NCBI GenBank assembly: GCA_963716725.1
Contig: CAVQUB010000009.1
Span: 128,001-192,000, forward strand
DNA: 64,000 nt
From: an uncultured delta proteobacterium
Lineage (GTDB): Bacteria; Myxococcota_A; Polyangia; Polyangiales; Polyangiaceae
Direction: 5' to 3'
In this document: positions 9,197 through 19,222 of the stretch, piece by piece
How positions within the stretch are numbered: the stretch's first letter is position 1
How the letters are laid out: the number at the start of each line of letters is the position of its first letter
Made by a program: the position numbers and the translations under genes
The notes under the pieces: generated by a model
Databases searched by the model: none
The model's input: the letters and a program-made list of their open reading frames with translations, nothing else
Told to the model about the DNA's origin: nothing

Positions 9197-11374
9197 ATGG
9201 GCGGCACGGTCGCGGGAGCAAAAACGCTGGGACGCTACGAGCTGATCAGCGAGGTCGCCAAGGGGCAGTTGGGCCCGCTCTGGGCGGCCAAAGCGGCCGG
9301 CGACGACCCCAGCGCCGTGTTGATGCGCCGGGTGTCCACCGGCGCGCCGACCACGCCCGACGAGATCGATTCGTTGTGCGAGGGCGCGTGGTGGATGCTG
9401 GAGCTGGCCGAAGGCGGGCTCGCCCGGGGCATCGACGTGGTGAAGACCGAAGGGGAGCTCGGCGTCGTGATGGAGTACGCCGAAGGTGAAGTCTTGCGAT
9501 CGCTGTTGCGCCTGGCGAGCTTCAAGCGGCGGCCCATCCCAGTGAACATCGGGCTTCGAATCGCCTGCGACCTGCTCACCTCCTTCGACCGCGCTGCGGC
9601 GGCCGGAGGCCCGGCGTTCGTGCCCGGCGGCGTGGTGCCCGACAGCGTATTGGTGGGCCGCGACGGTCGAACACGGCTGCTCGACGTGGGCATTCTCGGA
9701 CCCGCGTCGCGCATCGGGCCCATCGCTCGACACCCTGAGATCGCCTCGTATGCAGCGCCGGAGCAGCTCGAAGACGCTACCAAGACTGACCTGCGGTCGA
9801 ACCTCTACGCCGTCGGCGTGATGCTCTGGGAAATGCTCGCGGGCAAGCGCTTGTTCGTCGGGTCGACACACCAGGCGGTGTCGGAGAAGGTGAAGGCCGG
9901 CGGGATCCTGCGCCTCGACTCGTCGAAGCCCGTGGGAGGCGACGCCGTGTCGTCGGCCGTTGCCGATCTCGTGGCCAAGGCCCTCGAGACGAGCGCGGAC
10001 GCGCGCTACGCGGGGCCCAAAGAGCTGATCGACGCCATTGAAGCCACCGGCGAGGCCGGCACGCACGAACAAGTGGCTCGAATCGTCGACGAGTTTGCCG
10101 GCAATACGCTGGCGGCACGCCACAAACTGATCGAGAAGGCGCTTGCAGGCATGGCGCCCAAGCCGGCAGGGACCGCGGCAAGCCCCGCACCCGCGATCCC
10201 ACCCAAAGCAGCCGAGAAGGAGCCGGCAAAGGCGCCCGCTCCTCCCCAACGACCCTCGGCCCGCAAGGCGACGCTGATCGGGATCCAGCCCTATGCAGGC
10301 GGTGCGGCAGGCGTGGTCCCACCGCCGCGGCCCCCGCTCGAGTCTCTGGACATGGAAGATCTCGAGCCCGACTCGAAGATCGAAGTCGAAGTCTTCCCGA
10401 GCAGCGAGGCTCCGACCAAGCCCGTGCACGAGGTCGCCCAGGCGCTTGCGGCGCATAGCCTGACCGCCAGCGAAGGCGAGGCCATCAAGACTCGAGTCTT
10501 GGGCACGCCCGCACCCGACGCCGCCACCGCCATCGCAGCCGCGGCCGCAGAGGCCATGGCGGCCCAGCCGCCCGAGGCTTCACCAAAGCCGCCCGAGGCT
10601 TCAGCAAAGCCGCCCGAGGCTTCACCAAAGCCGCCCGAGGCTTCGCCAAAGCCGCCCGAGGCTTCACCGAGTTCACCCGTCGCGGAGGCAGCTTCACCCG
10701 CGCCTTCCGAGGTCGTTTCGGCGTCCACGGATGCCGCGCCAGAATCCGTCGACGTCGAGGACATCGCGGCCTCGGAGGCGCCGAAGCCCGACACCCAAAC
10801 CCCGGGTCTCGATTGGGGCGCCCTGGTCGGCGGTCTCCCGGAAGGTGAGGGGGACGGTGGCGTACCGCCGAAGAAAGAAGAGAAGCGCGACGAGTCGGCC
10901 GTGGCCTGGGTGGGCCCACCTCCGGGCGCGCCGCTCGCCGAGAAACCTCCAGCGGCGGACGCCGAGATCGAAGAACCGATCCCGTCCATGGTCCCGGAGC
11001 GCACGCAGCGCATGCGGAAGATGGTCGCCGTCGGGGTCGGCGCGCTCGCCGGCGTGATCGCGCTGGGTGTGATCATCTCGAAGCTCGGTGGCGGCTCCGA
11101 ACCCGACGAGGGCAGCGCGACCACGCCCGCCGCCACTCAGGTTGCGAAGAAGGAAGAGCCCAAGGCCGAGGAGCCCAAGAAGGAAGAGCCCAAGAAAGAA
11201 GAGCCCAAGGCCGAGGAGCCCGAGAAAGAAGAGCCCAAGGCCAAGCCCGTCGCGACCAAGCCCGTCGTGACCAAGCCCGTCGTGACCAAGCCCGTCGTGA
11301 CCAAGCCCACCACCACCACCAAGCCCGCGGTGAAACCGAAGCCGAAGCCGAAGTTCACGCCTTCGGGGATCTGA
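9197..11374 (+). CDS. Membrane Ser/Thr kinase-like protein, probable pseudokinase
   Basis: Hanks-fold landmarks (LGRYELI, VVMEY, YAAPEQL, LYAVGVMLWEML), but VAIK, HRD and DFG are altered. A long Pro/Ala linker, one TM and a Pro/Lys-rich C-tail follow. Confidence 0.85.
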   Translation: MGGTVAGAKTLGRYELISEVAKGQLGPLWAAKAAGDDPSAVLMRRVSTGAPTTPDEIDSLCEGAWWMLELAEGGLARGIDVVKTEGELGVVMEYAEGEVLRSLLRLASFKRRPIPVNIGLRIACDLLTSFDRAAAAGGPAFVPGGVVPDSVLVGRDGRTRLLDVGILGPASRIGPIARHPEIASYAAPEQLEDATKTDLRSNLYAVGVMLWEMLAGKRLFVGSTHQAVSEKVKAGGILRLDSSKPVGGDAVSSAVADLVAKALETSADARYAGPKELIDAIEATGEAGTHEQVARIVDEFAGNTLAARHKLIEKALAGMAPKPAGTAASPAPAIPPKAAEKEPAKAPAPPQRPSARKATLIGIQPYAGGAAGVVPPPRPPLESLDMEDLEPDSKIEVEVFPSSEAPTKPVHEVAQALAAHSLTASEGEAIKTRVLGTPAPDAATAIAAAAAEAMAAQPPEASPKPPEASAKPPEASPKPPEASPKPPEASPSSPVAEAASPAPSEVVSASTDAAPESVDVEDIAASEAPKPDTQTPGLDWGALVGGLPEGEGDGGVPPKKEEKRDESAVAWVGPPPGAPLAEKPPAADAEIEEPIPSMVPERTQRMRKMVAVGVGALAGVIALGVIISKLGGGSEPDEGSATTPAATQVAKKEEPKAEEPKKEEPKKEEPKAEEPEKEEPKAKPVATKPVVTKPVVTKPVVTKPTTTTKPAVKPKPKPKFTPSGI
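10568..10668 (+). repeat. 21-bp coding tandem repeat (PPEASPK)n
   Basis: About 5 copies of ccgcccgaggcttcaccaaag. Confidence 0.85.
11150..11308 (+). repeat. 15-bp coding tandem repeats (EEPKK/EEPKA, then VTKPV)
   Basis: Repeated gaagagcccaag and aagcccgtcgtgacc units. Confidence 0.8.
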
Positions 11375-11400
11375 ATCCAGCGATCGTCAGGGAACACCTC

Positions 11401-12459
11401 ATGCTTCACCCGATCTCGACTGCCACGCTCCGCACCGCGCTCTTCACCGGCGCGCTCGCACTCGCAACCCTTTCGATTTCTCCGCGGGCCGCCGCCCAAG
11501 GCGCGACCCCAGAGGCAGCCACGCCTGCGCAGAAAGACACGGCGCAGAAGGCCTTTCTGAAGGGCATGAAGGCGGCCAAGGCCAAGAAGCACGACGACGC
11601 CCTCGCCGCGTTCAAGGAGTCTTACGGTGCCGTGGCGAGTCCGAATTCGCACCTGATGGTCGCGCGAGAGCTCGCCGAGCTCGGCCGTCACGAAGAGGCC
11701 TGGTCCGAATACGACAAGACCATCGCCGAGGCAGAGGCCGCGGCGCAGGCTGATCCCAAGTACGCAAACGCGGCCACCAGCGCCAAGAACGAACAGGCGG
11801 AGCTCAAGGCCAAGCTCGCCTTCGTCAAGCTCACGGTCACCGGAGCCGGCCCGGGCTCCCGCGTCACGGTGCGCGGCAAAGAGATCGCGGAGGCCGACTG
11901 GAACAAGCCGGTCGTTGTCACGCCCGGCTCGGTGCGAGTCGAGCTGGTGAGCAGCGACGGAAAAGAGACCGTGAAAGAGGTCGACGCCGCAGCAGGCGGC
12001 GAGGTCGCGGTCGATCTGTCACCTGCGGCTCCTGCGCCCGCGGCGGGCACCGGCGCGGGTTCGGGTCAGGCGAGCGCAAAGGTCGAGGCGTCGACAGGCG
12101 GCGGACCAAGCATGCGAACGTGGGCGTACATCGCCGGCGGCGTCGGTGTCGCGGGCCTGGCGACCTTTGGCATCTTTGGCGCCATGAACAACGCCAAGCA
12201 CAGCAAGCTCGAGGACGAGTGCAAGGACGGCGTCTGCCCGTCCAACCTCGAAGAAGAGCGCGATGCGGGCAAGAGCTATCAGACCATCGCCAACGTCGGC
12301 TTGATCGTCGGCGTGGTCGGCCTCGGCGCCGGCACGGCGCTCTACCTGATGAGTGCCAAGAAGGCAGAGAAGACCGCGACCGTGCCCAAGCGTCGCGGTC
12401 CGCGCGTCGATTCGGTCGGCGTCGGATACCACTCGGTGCTGGTCACCGGCTCGTTCTGA
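11401..12459 (+). CDS. Exported TPR + PEGA-like protein with C-terminal hydrophobic hairpin
   Basis: Signal peptide, TPR-like helices, a beta-rich middle, two Gly-rich hydrophobic segments around CKDGVC, and a C-terminus VLVTGSF. Confidence 0.8.
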   Translation: MLHPISTATLRTALFTGALALATLSISPRAAAQGATPEAATPAQKDTAQKAFLKGMKAAKAKKHDDALAAFKESYGAVASPNSHLMVARELAELGRHEEAWSEYDKTIAEAEAAAQADPKYANAATSAKNEQAELKAKLAFVKLTVTGAGPGSRVTVRGKEIAEADWNKPVVVTPGSVRVELVSSDGKETVKEVDAAAGGEVAVDLSPAAPAPAAGTGAGSGQASAKVEASTGGGPSMRTWAYIAGGVGVAGLATFGIFGAMNNAKHSKLEDECKDGVCPSNLEEERDAGKSYQTIANVGLIVGVVGLGAGTALYLMSAKKAEKTATVPKRRGPRVDSVGVGYHSVLVTGSF

Positions 12460-12545
12460 ACGCCGGGACTTCCCCGCTTGCGACGGAGCCTTGACGGCTT
12501 GTCGCACGAGACGCAACCTGTCCCGTCTCCTGGGACCCGGATTCG

Positions 12546-13616
12546 ATGGCAGCGCGCAAGAAGAAGAGCGATTCCAAGGCGAAAGCGTCGGCGGAGCAGG
12601 AGCCGGACGACAATGTCGAGGAAGGCGCCGACGGCGGCGAGGGCGGCGACGACGAGCCCGACGGCGAAGAGCCGGACGACTCCGCCATCGACACCAGCGA
12701 CGAGCCTGCAGACGAAGAGCGCGCCCCGGCTGCCGGATCCGACGAGCGCGGTCTTTCGCTGGCGCGCCTCGATCCGATGACGATCTACATGCGGGAGGTC
12801 CAACGCCACCCGCTGCTCACTGCCGAAGAAGCCCACAATCTCGCGGTGCGCTACGCCGAAACCCAAGACGTGGACGCCGCCGCGCGCTTGGTCACGGCGA
12901 ACCTGCGCCTGGTGGTGAAGATCGCGTACGAGTACCGCCGCGCTTACCGCAACATCATGGACCTGGTCCAGGAGGGCAACATCGGCCTGATGCAGGCGGT
13001 GAAGCGCTACGATCCCTACCGCGGCGTGAAGCTGTCGAGCTACGCGGCTTGGTGGATCCGCGCCTACATTCTGCGCTTCATTCTCAACAACTGGCGCATG
13101 GTGAAGATCGGCACCACGCAGGCCCAGCGCAAGCTGTTCTTCAACCTGAGCAAGGAGAAGCAGCGCCTGACCGCCATGGGCATCGAGCCCACCCACGCGG
13201 AGATCGCCAAGCGCCTCGACGTGTCCGAGAAGGAGGTCGTGGAGATGGATCGGCGCCTGTCGCGGTCCGACGCTTCCCTGGACGCACAGATCGGTGAGAG
13301 CGACGGCAAGCCCACGACGCGCATGGACCTGCTCCCGTCGACCAGCGCGGGCCCGGACGAGTCGGCGGAGTCCAGCGAAATCCAAGAGCTCCTGAAGAAA
13401 CACCTGGCCGAGTTCCGCACGACGCTCAAGGACAAGGACATCTCGATCTTCGACAAACGGCTGGTCGCCGACGAGCCACTCACGCTGCAAGAGCTCGGTG
13501 ACGAATTCGGGGTGTCGCGAGAGCGCGTGAGGCAGCTCGAGGCCCGAATCACCGGCAAGTTGCGCGCGTTTCTGACCGAACGCCTGGGCGATGCGGTCGG
13601 CGTCAGCGGCGGCTGA
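12546..13616 (+). CDS. RNA polymerase sigma factor, RpoH/sigma-32 family
   Basis: [28 protein letters not shown], RpoH box QRKLFFNL and region 4 [10 protein letters not shown], with an acidic N-terminal extension. Confidence 0.93.
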   Translation: MAARKKKSDSKAKASAEQEPDDNVEEGADGGEGGDDEPDGEEPDDSAIDTSDEPADEERAPAAGSDERGLSLARLDPMTIYMREVQRHPLLTAEEAHNLAVRYAETQDVDAAARLVTANLRLVVKIAYEYRRAYRNIMDLVQEGNIGLMQAVKRYDPYRGVKLSSYAAWWIRAYILRFILNNWRMVKIGTTQAQRKLFFNLSKEKQRLTAMGIEPTHAEIAKRLDVSEKEVVEMDRRLSRSDASLDAQIGESDGKPTTRMDLLPSTSAGPDESAESSEIQELLKKHLAEFRTTLKDKDISIFDKRLVADEPLTLQELGDEFGVSRERVRQLEARITGKLRAFLTERLGDAVGVSGG

Positions 13617-13626
13617 GCGTCGTCTG

Positions 13627-14457
13627 ATGCCCGGCACGCTCGCGCTCGTCGGCACGCCAATCGGCAACCTCGGGGACATCACGCTCCGAGCCATCGAGAC
13701 GCTGAAGGCCGCCGACACCATCGCGGCCGAAGACACGCGTCGTACACGCGCCCTGCTCTCGCACCTCGGCATCACCGGAAAGCCGCTGGTGAGCCTGGAC
13801 GCAAACGCCAGCGACCGAGCCATCGGCGCGCTGCTCGATCGCGTCGACGCCGGCGAGACCGTCGCCTTCGTCACCGACGCCGGCATGCCCTGTGTGAGTG
13901 ACCCTGGCAGCGAACTGTCGCGGGCCGCGGTCGCGCGGTCGCTGCCGGTGACGGTGATCCCGGGACCCACCGCGGTGGCCACCGCCGTCGCGCTCTCGGG
14001 TCTGGTGGACTCGGCCTACTTTTTTGCCGGCTTCTTGCCGCGCCAAGGCGGCAAGCGAAGCGCCGCTCTCGAGCGGATCTGCGCGAGCTCCGAGCCGGTG
14101 GTGATCTTCGAAGCCGCCAACCGCACTCTCGCTACCCTGCGCGAGTTGGCCGAGCGCATGCCGCGGCGCTCGGCGGCCCTTTGTCGCGAGCTGACCAAGC
14201 TGCACGAAGAGGCCTTGCGCGGCGAACTCGGGGAGTTGGCCCAACTGGATCGGGAACTCAAGGGCGAGGTCGTGATCGTGCTCGGAGCGAGCAACGTCGA
14301 ACGCTCGCTGCCAAGCGACGACGAGCTGGACGCGCGCATTCGGGACGAGCTCGCTGGCGGAGCTTCTACCCGGGACGTCGCCGATCGGCTCGCGAACTGG
14401 AGCGGACGCGGACGGCGCGAGGTCTACGCGCGCGTCAACGCGCTGCGCAGCGATTGA
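13627..14457 (+). CDS. rsmI: 16S rRNA (cytidine1402-2'-O)-methyltransferase
   Basis: GTPIGNLGDIT.RA, AEDTRRT, DAGMPCVSDPG and RELTKLHEE. Confidence 0.95.
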   Translation: MPGTLALVGTPIGNLGDITLRAIETLKAADTIAAEDTRRTRALLSHLGITGKPLVSLDANASDRAIGALLDRVDAGETVAFVTDAGMPCVSDPGSELSRAAVARSLPVTVIPGPTAVATAVALSGLVDSAYFFAGFLPRQGGKRSAALERICASSEPVVIFEAANRTLATLRELAERMPRRSAALCRELTKLHEEALRGELGELAQLDRELKGEVVIVLGASNVERSLPSDDELDARIRDELAGGASTRDVADRLANWSGRGRREVYARVNALRSD

Positions 14458-14463
14458 TGGCGC

Positions 14464-15309
14464 TCACGCCGACGGCTTCGCGTCGTCGTCCGCTTCTTCT
14501 GGGTAGTACTTCTCCAGGCAGGGCTCGCAAATTCCGTGCGAAAGCTTGGCGTCAGTGTGTTCGGAGAGATACTCCGCGATTTCATGCCAGGTCTGGTCGG
14601 CACCTCGAATGCCCTTGCAGTGCATGCAAATGGGCAGGAGCCCCTGCAGCCGCTTGACGTGGCTCAGCGATGCCTCGAGCTCGTCCCGGGTCCGGGTGAG
14701 CTCCTCTATGTGTTGCGCCTGCTGGCGCAGCGCGGGTCGGACCACGAACGCCGCCAGGAAGCCGAGAAGCCCGAGGAAGGCGGCGAAGAAGCCGGCAGCC
14801 ATCAGGCGGACGCGACCGAGGCGATCGCGGACCTGGCTCGCCGCTCTGCTCATCACGCTGTCCACGCTCGCGACATATTCGTCGGCGGCCAGGTGGAGCG
14901 CGTGACCACGCTCGGGCGACGTGCTCGAGTCGAAGCGTTCGGTCGCGCTGATCAGATCTGCCAGACCGCGGTCGAGCGACTCGCGATCCGCCAAGAGGGA
15001 GCGCTGCGCGCCGGCTGCGGCTGAAGGGTGGCGATCGACCAACGCCTGCTTCCCCTCGGCGACCCGGGCAGTGCACGCGGTTCGATTGTTGCCGTCGCAA
15101 TGCTCGGCCGCGCCAATTAGCCGAAGCGCAAGCAGCCGCTGTCTTCCCAATTCGTTTGCAGCGCCCACCTGTTCCTGCTGACGGGCGAGCTCCGGTTGCA
15201 CCACGAGCTGCGCGAGCACGAGCACGGCCAAGGCGCACGATACGGAGAACACCAAGCGCCGGCGCAGGTGTGCCGGCGTCAGCACGGAGTTCATCAGGTG
15301 CGGAGGCAT
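14464..15309 (-). CDS. Two-TM sensor-like protein with NarX/PilJ-like periplasmic domain and C-terminal Cys4 zinc-ribbon
   Basis: TM1, ANELGRQRLLALRL, TM2, coiled coil, then LLPICMHCKGIR...SHGICEPC. Confidence 0.7.
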   Translation of the reverse strand: MPPHLMNSVLTPAHLRRRLVFSVSCALAVLVLAQLVVQPELARQQEQVGAANELGRQRLLALRLIGAAEHCDGNNRTACTARVAEGKQALVDRHPSAAAGAQRSLLADRESLDRGLADLISATERFDSSTSPERGHALHLAADEYVASVDSVMSRAASQVRDRLGRVRLMAAGFFAAFLGLLGFLAAFVVRPALRQQAQHIEELTRTRDELEASLSHVKRLQGLLPICMHCKGIRGADQTWHEIAEYLSEHTDAKLSHGICEPCLEKYYPEEADDDAKPSA

Positions 15310-15426
15310 CGGGTCGTTGTTTAGACCAACGGCTTCGCGAGGGCGATCTCGAGCCGAGAATCCCGAGGATACTACCTACGCAACACGCCAGGACTGGACG
15401 GCCGCAGCTGAGGTATCCTGTCGCGC

Positions 15427-16437
15427 ATGAAGTGCGCGTTCTTGATCTTGGCGGCGCTGGGCTTGTCCGGCTGCGGCGGTGACGATTCCGAGTCGAACCC
15501 TGGCGGAGGCGGCAGCAGCGGCAGCGGCGGCGCGAGCACCGGCGGAAGCGCGGGAGCCGGTGGCGGCGCGGGAGCCGGTGGCAGCGCGGGCAGCGGTGGC
15601 GGAACAGCCACGGGCTGCGGCAAGCAAGCCCCGTCGAGCGGCAAACACACGCTCAATCACGGCGGCGGCGACCGCACCTATCAGTTGCACGTACCCACCG
15701 GTTACGACGCTTCGAAGCCGACGCCGGTGGTCGTGAATTTCCACGGGCGCACCGCCGGCTCGTTCGGCGAGGCATCATCGCTGCAAGAGAGCGTGAGCAA
15801 GATGTACGCAAAGGCGGACGCAGCAGGCTTCATCGTGGTCAACCCGCAGGGGCTCTCGGAGACCGACGGCGCCCAGACCTGGAACGCGGGCACGTGCTGC
15901 GCGGCGGACAAGGCCCGTGACGACGTCGGGTTCGCGGACGCGATTTTGGATCGGCTCGCGACCGAGCTGTGCGTCGACGACAAACGCGTCTTCGCGACTG
16001 GGCTGTCCAACGGCGGCTTCATGTCGCACCGACTGGCCTGCGAGCGCGCCAAGCGCTACGCCGCAGTCGCGCCCGTTGCAGCCTACAACGGCATGGCCGA
16101 GTGCAACCCCGAGCTGCCCGTGTCCATCATCTCGTTCAACGGGACCGCCGACACGCTCGTGAGCTACGCCGCGAGTCAGGCGTCCAACAACGCATGGGTC
16201 AAGCGAAACGGCTGCAACTCGACGCCCGCCGAGACCTTCAAGAAGGGCGACAGCCACTGCGACACCTACTCGGGTTGCAACGGCGGCGCCGAGATCGTCT
16301 TCTGCACCGTCGATGACGGAGGCCACACCTGGCCCGGCGGGCTCGACATGTCGACGCTCGGCTTCGGCAAGACCACGATGGACCTGAGCGCCAACGACGC
16401 GATGTGGGACTTCTTTCAGAAGCACCCGCTGCCCTGA
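15427..16437 (+). CDS. LpqC / PHB-depolymerase-like esterase lipoprotein
   Basis: Lipobox LSGC, NFHG, WNAGTCC, DDVGF, GLSNGGFM and GGHTWPGG. Confidence 0.88.
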   Translation: MKCAFLILAALGLSGCGGDDSESNPGGGGSSGSGGASTGGSAGAGGGAGAGGSAGSGGGTATGCGKQAPSSGKHTLNHGGGDRTYQLHVPTGYDASKPTPVVVNFHGRTAGSFGEASSLQESVSKMYAKADAAGFIVVNPQGLSETDGAQTWNAGTCCAADKARDDVGFADAILDRLATELCVDDKRVFATGLSNGGFMSHRLACERAKRYAAVAPVAAYNGMAECNPELPVSIISFNGTADTLVSYAASQASNNAWVKRNGCNSTPAETFKKGDSHCDTYSGCNGGAEIVFCTVDDGGHTWPGGLDMSTLGFGKTTMDLSANDAMWDFFQKHPLP

Positions 16438-18030
16438 TCAGGGCAGCGGCTCGTAGGCTCCGATGCTCGGCGGGGTGGCGTAGCACTTGCCGGTGAGGTC
16501 GCCGGCGACGCCGGTGCCGGTCGCTCCCTTGCCTGCCGCTGCGCTGGTCTTGCCGATGCTGCAATCCCCCGATCCTGGGTTCGTGAGCGCGGGATCGGTG
16601 CCGCTGATGCCGCCGGTCTCCGCCGCGGGCAGGTTGGTCGGCTTCGACTGCGACGGGTTGTCGTGGGCGTACCAGAGGTTGTTCTGGAACACGAACGACG
16701 CGGCGTCGGTGTTCCCGCCAACGTTGACCCAGGTCGAGAGATCGCTGCGATCGAAGTACACCAGGTTGTTCACGAAGCGACCCTTCTGTGCGGGCATGAA
16801 GGTGTAGCCGCCGCCGGTGGTCGTCTCTTGCAAGATGCGGAAGAGCCAGTTGGTCGGATCGACGATGGTGTTGTGCGCGGCCAAGCAGTCGACGCAGCCC
16901 ACGAATGCGAGGGCGGACACGGAGCCGATGATCACGTTGGCCACCACGCGGATGTTCTTGGCTTCGAAGTTGGGCGTGCTGGTCGAGAGCGGCGGACGGA
17001 AGAACTGGAACCCCGTGGAGCCGCCCATGTTCACCGCGCGCTCGCCGGCCTTGTTCATGCGACAGGCGCGGATCTCGATGTCTTCGCTGCCGCCCTTGGC
17101 TTGCACGGCGTTGCCGCTGATGTCGTCGAAGCTCGATCGAGCGATCAGGCCCTTGTGACACCCCACGTGGTCGATGCCGCTGCCCGATCCGCCGCCGCCG
17201 CAGCGCGCGAACTTGCTGTCGATCACCCAGAAATCGTTCAGACCCGAGAGCTTCAAACAGTCCTGATTCCCGCCCGATCCAACGTCGTGCACGTTCAAGT
17301 TGCGAAACACGACGTAGCGAGTTGCGTCCGCGTTGGAGTACTCCGCCGCGTCGTCGACGTTGATGCCGTTCTGAGTGCTGCCCTTCAGCTCGAGATCGTG
17401 CAGCACCAAGTAACGGACCTTGGTCAGGTGCAGCCCTTCCCCGCCGCCGTCGATCACGGGCGCGGCCTCACCCGGCGCGCCGCCGATCCAGATCGGCGCG
17501 CTGGCGCTGCCGCTGAGATTCGACAAATACGCGCCGCCCGGGTAGGTGCCCGAGTGCAGGCGGATCGCGGTGCCGGCCGTGACCCCCTGGGCCGCCTTGC
17601 CGAGGGTCTTGTAGGGCTTGCCCGCGCTGCCGTCGCCCGCGGTATCCGAACCCGCAACCGCGACGTGAACTTCTTTGGTCGGCGTGATCCCGTCGGCGAA
17701 GGTCTTGATGTCGCCACACGCACCCGGGGCTCCGCCGCTGCCTCCCGCGCCGCCGCTGCCTCCCGCGCCGCCGCTGCCTCCCGCGCCGCCGCTGCCGCCG
17801 ACGCCGCCGCTGCCCGCGCTGCCACCGCCGCCCGACGTGCCGCCGACGCCGGCGCCGCCACCGGTGCTGCCCGCGGTGCCACCGCTGCCGCCGGTGCCAC
17901 CTGAGCCGCCGCTCGCACCCCCGGTTCCCGCGCCGCCGCTGCTCGGCGAGCCGCCATCGTCGTCGGAGCCGCACGCCGGCAGCCACGCCCCTGCCAATGC
18001 CAACGCACACACCAGAGCTGATCGCTTCAT
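16438..18030 (-). CDS. Lipoprotein with right-handed parallel beta-helix domain
   Basis: Lipobox LPAC, Gly-rich tether, 'GSDTAGDGSAGKPYKTL', Asn-rich beta-helix repeats and a C-terminal PSIGAYE. Confidence 0.8.
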   Translation of the reverse strand: MKRSALVCALALAGAWLPACGSDDDGGSPSSGGAGTGGASGGSGGTGGSGGTAGSTGGGAGVGGTSGGGGSAGSGGVGGSGGAGGSGGAGGSGGAGGSGGAPGACGDIKTFADGITPTKEVHVAVAGSDTAGDGSAGKPYKTLGKAAQGVTAGTAIRLHSGTYPGGAYLSNLSGSASAPIWIGGAPGEAAPVIDGGGEGLHLTKVRYLVLHDLELKGSTQNGINVDDAAEYSNADATRYVVFRNLNVHDVGSGGNQDCLKLSGLNDFWVIDSKFARCGGGGSGSGIDHVGCHKGLIARSSFDDISGNAVQAKGGSEDIEIRACRMNKAGERAVNMGGSTGFQFFRPPLSTSTPNFEAKNIRVVANVIIGSVSALAFVGCVDCLAAHNTIVDPTNWLFRILQETTTGGGYTFMPAQKGRFVNNLVYFDRSDLSTWVNVGGNTDAASFVFQNNLWYAHDNPSQSKPTNLPAAETGGISGTDPALTNPGSGDCSIGKTSAAAGKGATGTGVAGDLTGKCYATPPSIGAYEPLP

Positions 18031-18081
18031 TTCACCCTCGTCCCGACCCGAGTCTACACCGAGCCGAACGCCCGGCACGGC

Positions 18082-19098
18082 TCAGCGGATGAACGCGGGG
18101 TTCTCGATGTCTTCGGACGTGCAATCGGGCGGTGCCAGCAGCGGATTGCAGCGCGACGGCGTTCCGCCCGGGATCTCGACCAGGTAGTCCACACCGACAA
18201 CGGGCGCGGGATAGTCGGTGCTGATCACCTGGGCGCCGCTCGCGAAAGCCGCGTCGCGTTTCGTGGTGTCGCCCGCCAGAGGCTCCACGTTGTCCGAGTC
18301 GGCGCGCGTGCGCACGATGAAGCCCTGCTTGACCGCGTCGCCGATCTCCAAGGAGGTCGGATCGTTGATGACGTAGGTCCCCTCGTAGGCAGCCCCCGGT
18401 TCGGAGTCCACGAACATCAGGCGGCCATCCAGGTGCTTGCCGCCGTGGGTGTAGGCCTCGCGCCAGGGCCCGCTCTCGTCCACGAAGAACAAGATCTTGC
18501 CGCGCGCCTCGCCCAGCGTCGGCCAGCCGCCGGTCACGATGGCGTCGCGCAGCGTCGACGCGGCGCCGCGCACGTCGTCGGGCGTGATGATGCGCTCGCG
18601 CGGCCACTTGGAGAGGATCTCGGCGTGCAGCGCCGCGAAGCGATCCTCCGGATCGGTGGGCAGAGCGTCCTTCGGCTCGACTTGAACGAAGAGCGGGTGG
18701 TGCCCGGGGTTCTTGTTCGACCAGCTGGCCATCGCCGCCAGGCAGTCGACGAAGCGCCGGCAGTTCGACACCTCGTCGATCAGCGGAATGTGCACCACGT
18801 AGTGTTCACCGGCCTCGTCGTCCCAGCGCGTGTCGAGCTCGAACTTGCGCACACCTTGCTTCGCGAGCTGGATTCCAATCGGTGCGTGGCTGTACTTCAG
18901 CGCCTCGATCTGCATGCCCTCGGGTTCGACGTGGTAGCTGTTGTGCGAGCCCTTGGCTTGGAGCTGGTTGATGCGCAGCGCTGCGTCGCGCGGGTAGTCG
19001 AACTTCGTCACCGAGCTTCCGGGTTCGTCGTCCCCGCCGCAGGCGACCAGGAGAGAGCAGAGCAGCGCGAGCGCGGCTGATCGGGGGGGGAGTCGCAC
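18082..19098 (-). CDS. Phosphoinositide phospholipase C-like (PI-PLC-C1 type) lipoprotein
   Basis: NQLQAKGSHNSYH, GVRKFELD, IVRTRAD and GAQVISTDYP, with lipobox LVAC. Confidence 0.85.
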   Translation of the reverse strand: MRLPPRSAALALLCSLLVACGGDDEPGSSVTKFDYPRDAALRINQLQAKGSHNSYHVEPEGMQIEALKYSHAPIGIQLAKQGVRKFELDTRWDDEAGEHYVVHIPLIDEVSNCRRFVDCLAAMASWSNKNPGHHPLFVQVEPKDALPTDPEDRFAALHAEILSKWPRERIITPDDVRGAASTLRDAIVTGGWPTLGEARGKILFFVDESGPWREAYTHGGKHLDGRLMFVDSEPGAAYEGTYVINDPTSLEIGDAVKQGFIVRTRADSDNVEPLAGDTTKRDAAFASGAQVISTDYPAPVVGVDYLVEIPGGTPSRCNPLLAPPDCTSEDIENPAFIR

Positions 19099-19222
19099 TC
19101 GGCGATTGTAGCGCGAAAGCTCGTCACGACCGGAACGGGAGCCGGGCGGATCGAGCCGAAATGCGAGCCTCCACTTGCCCGGCGCCGACGGCCGGAGCCA
19201 TCATGCAGCCGGGAGCTGGTGG

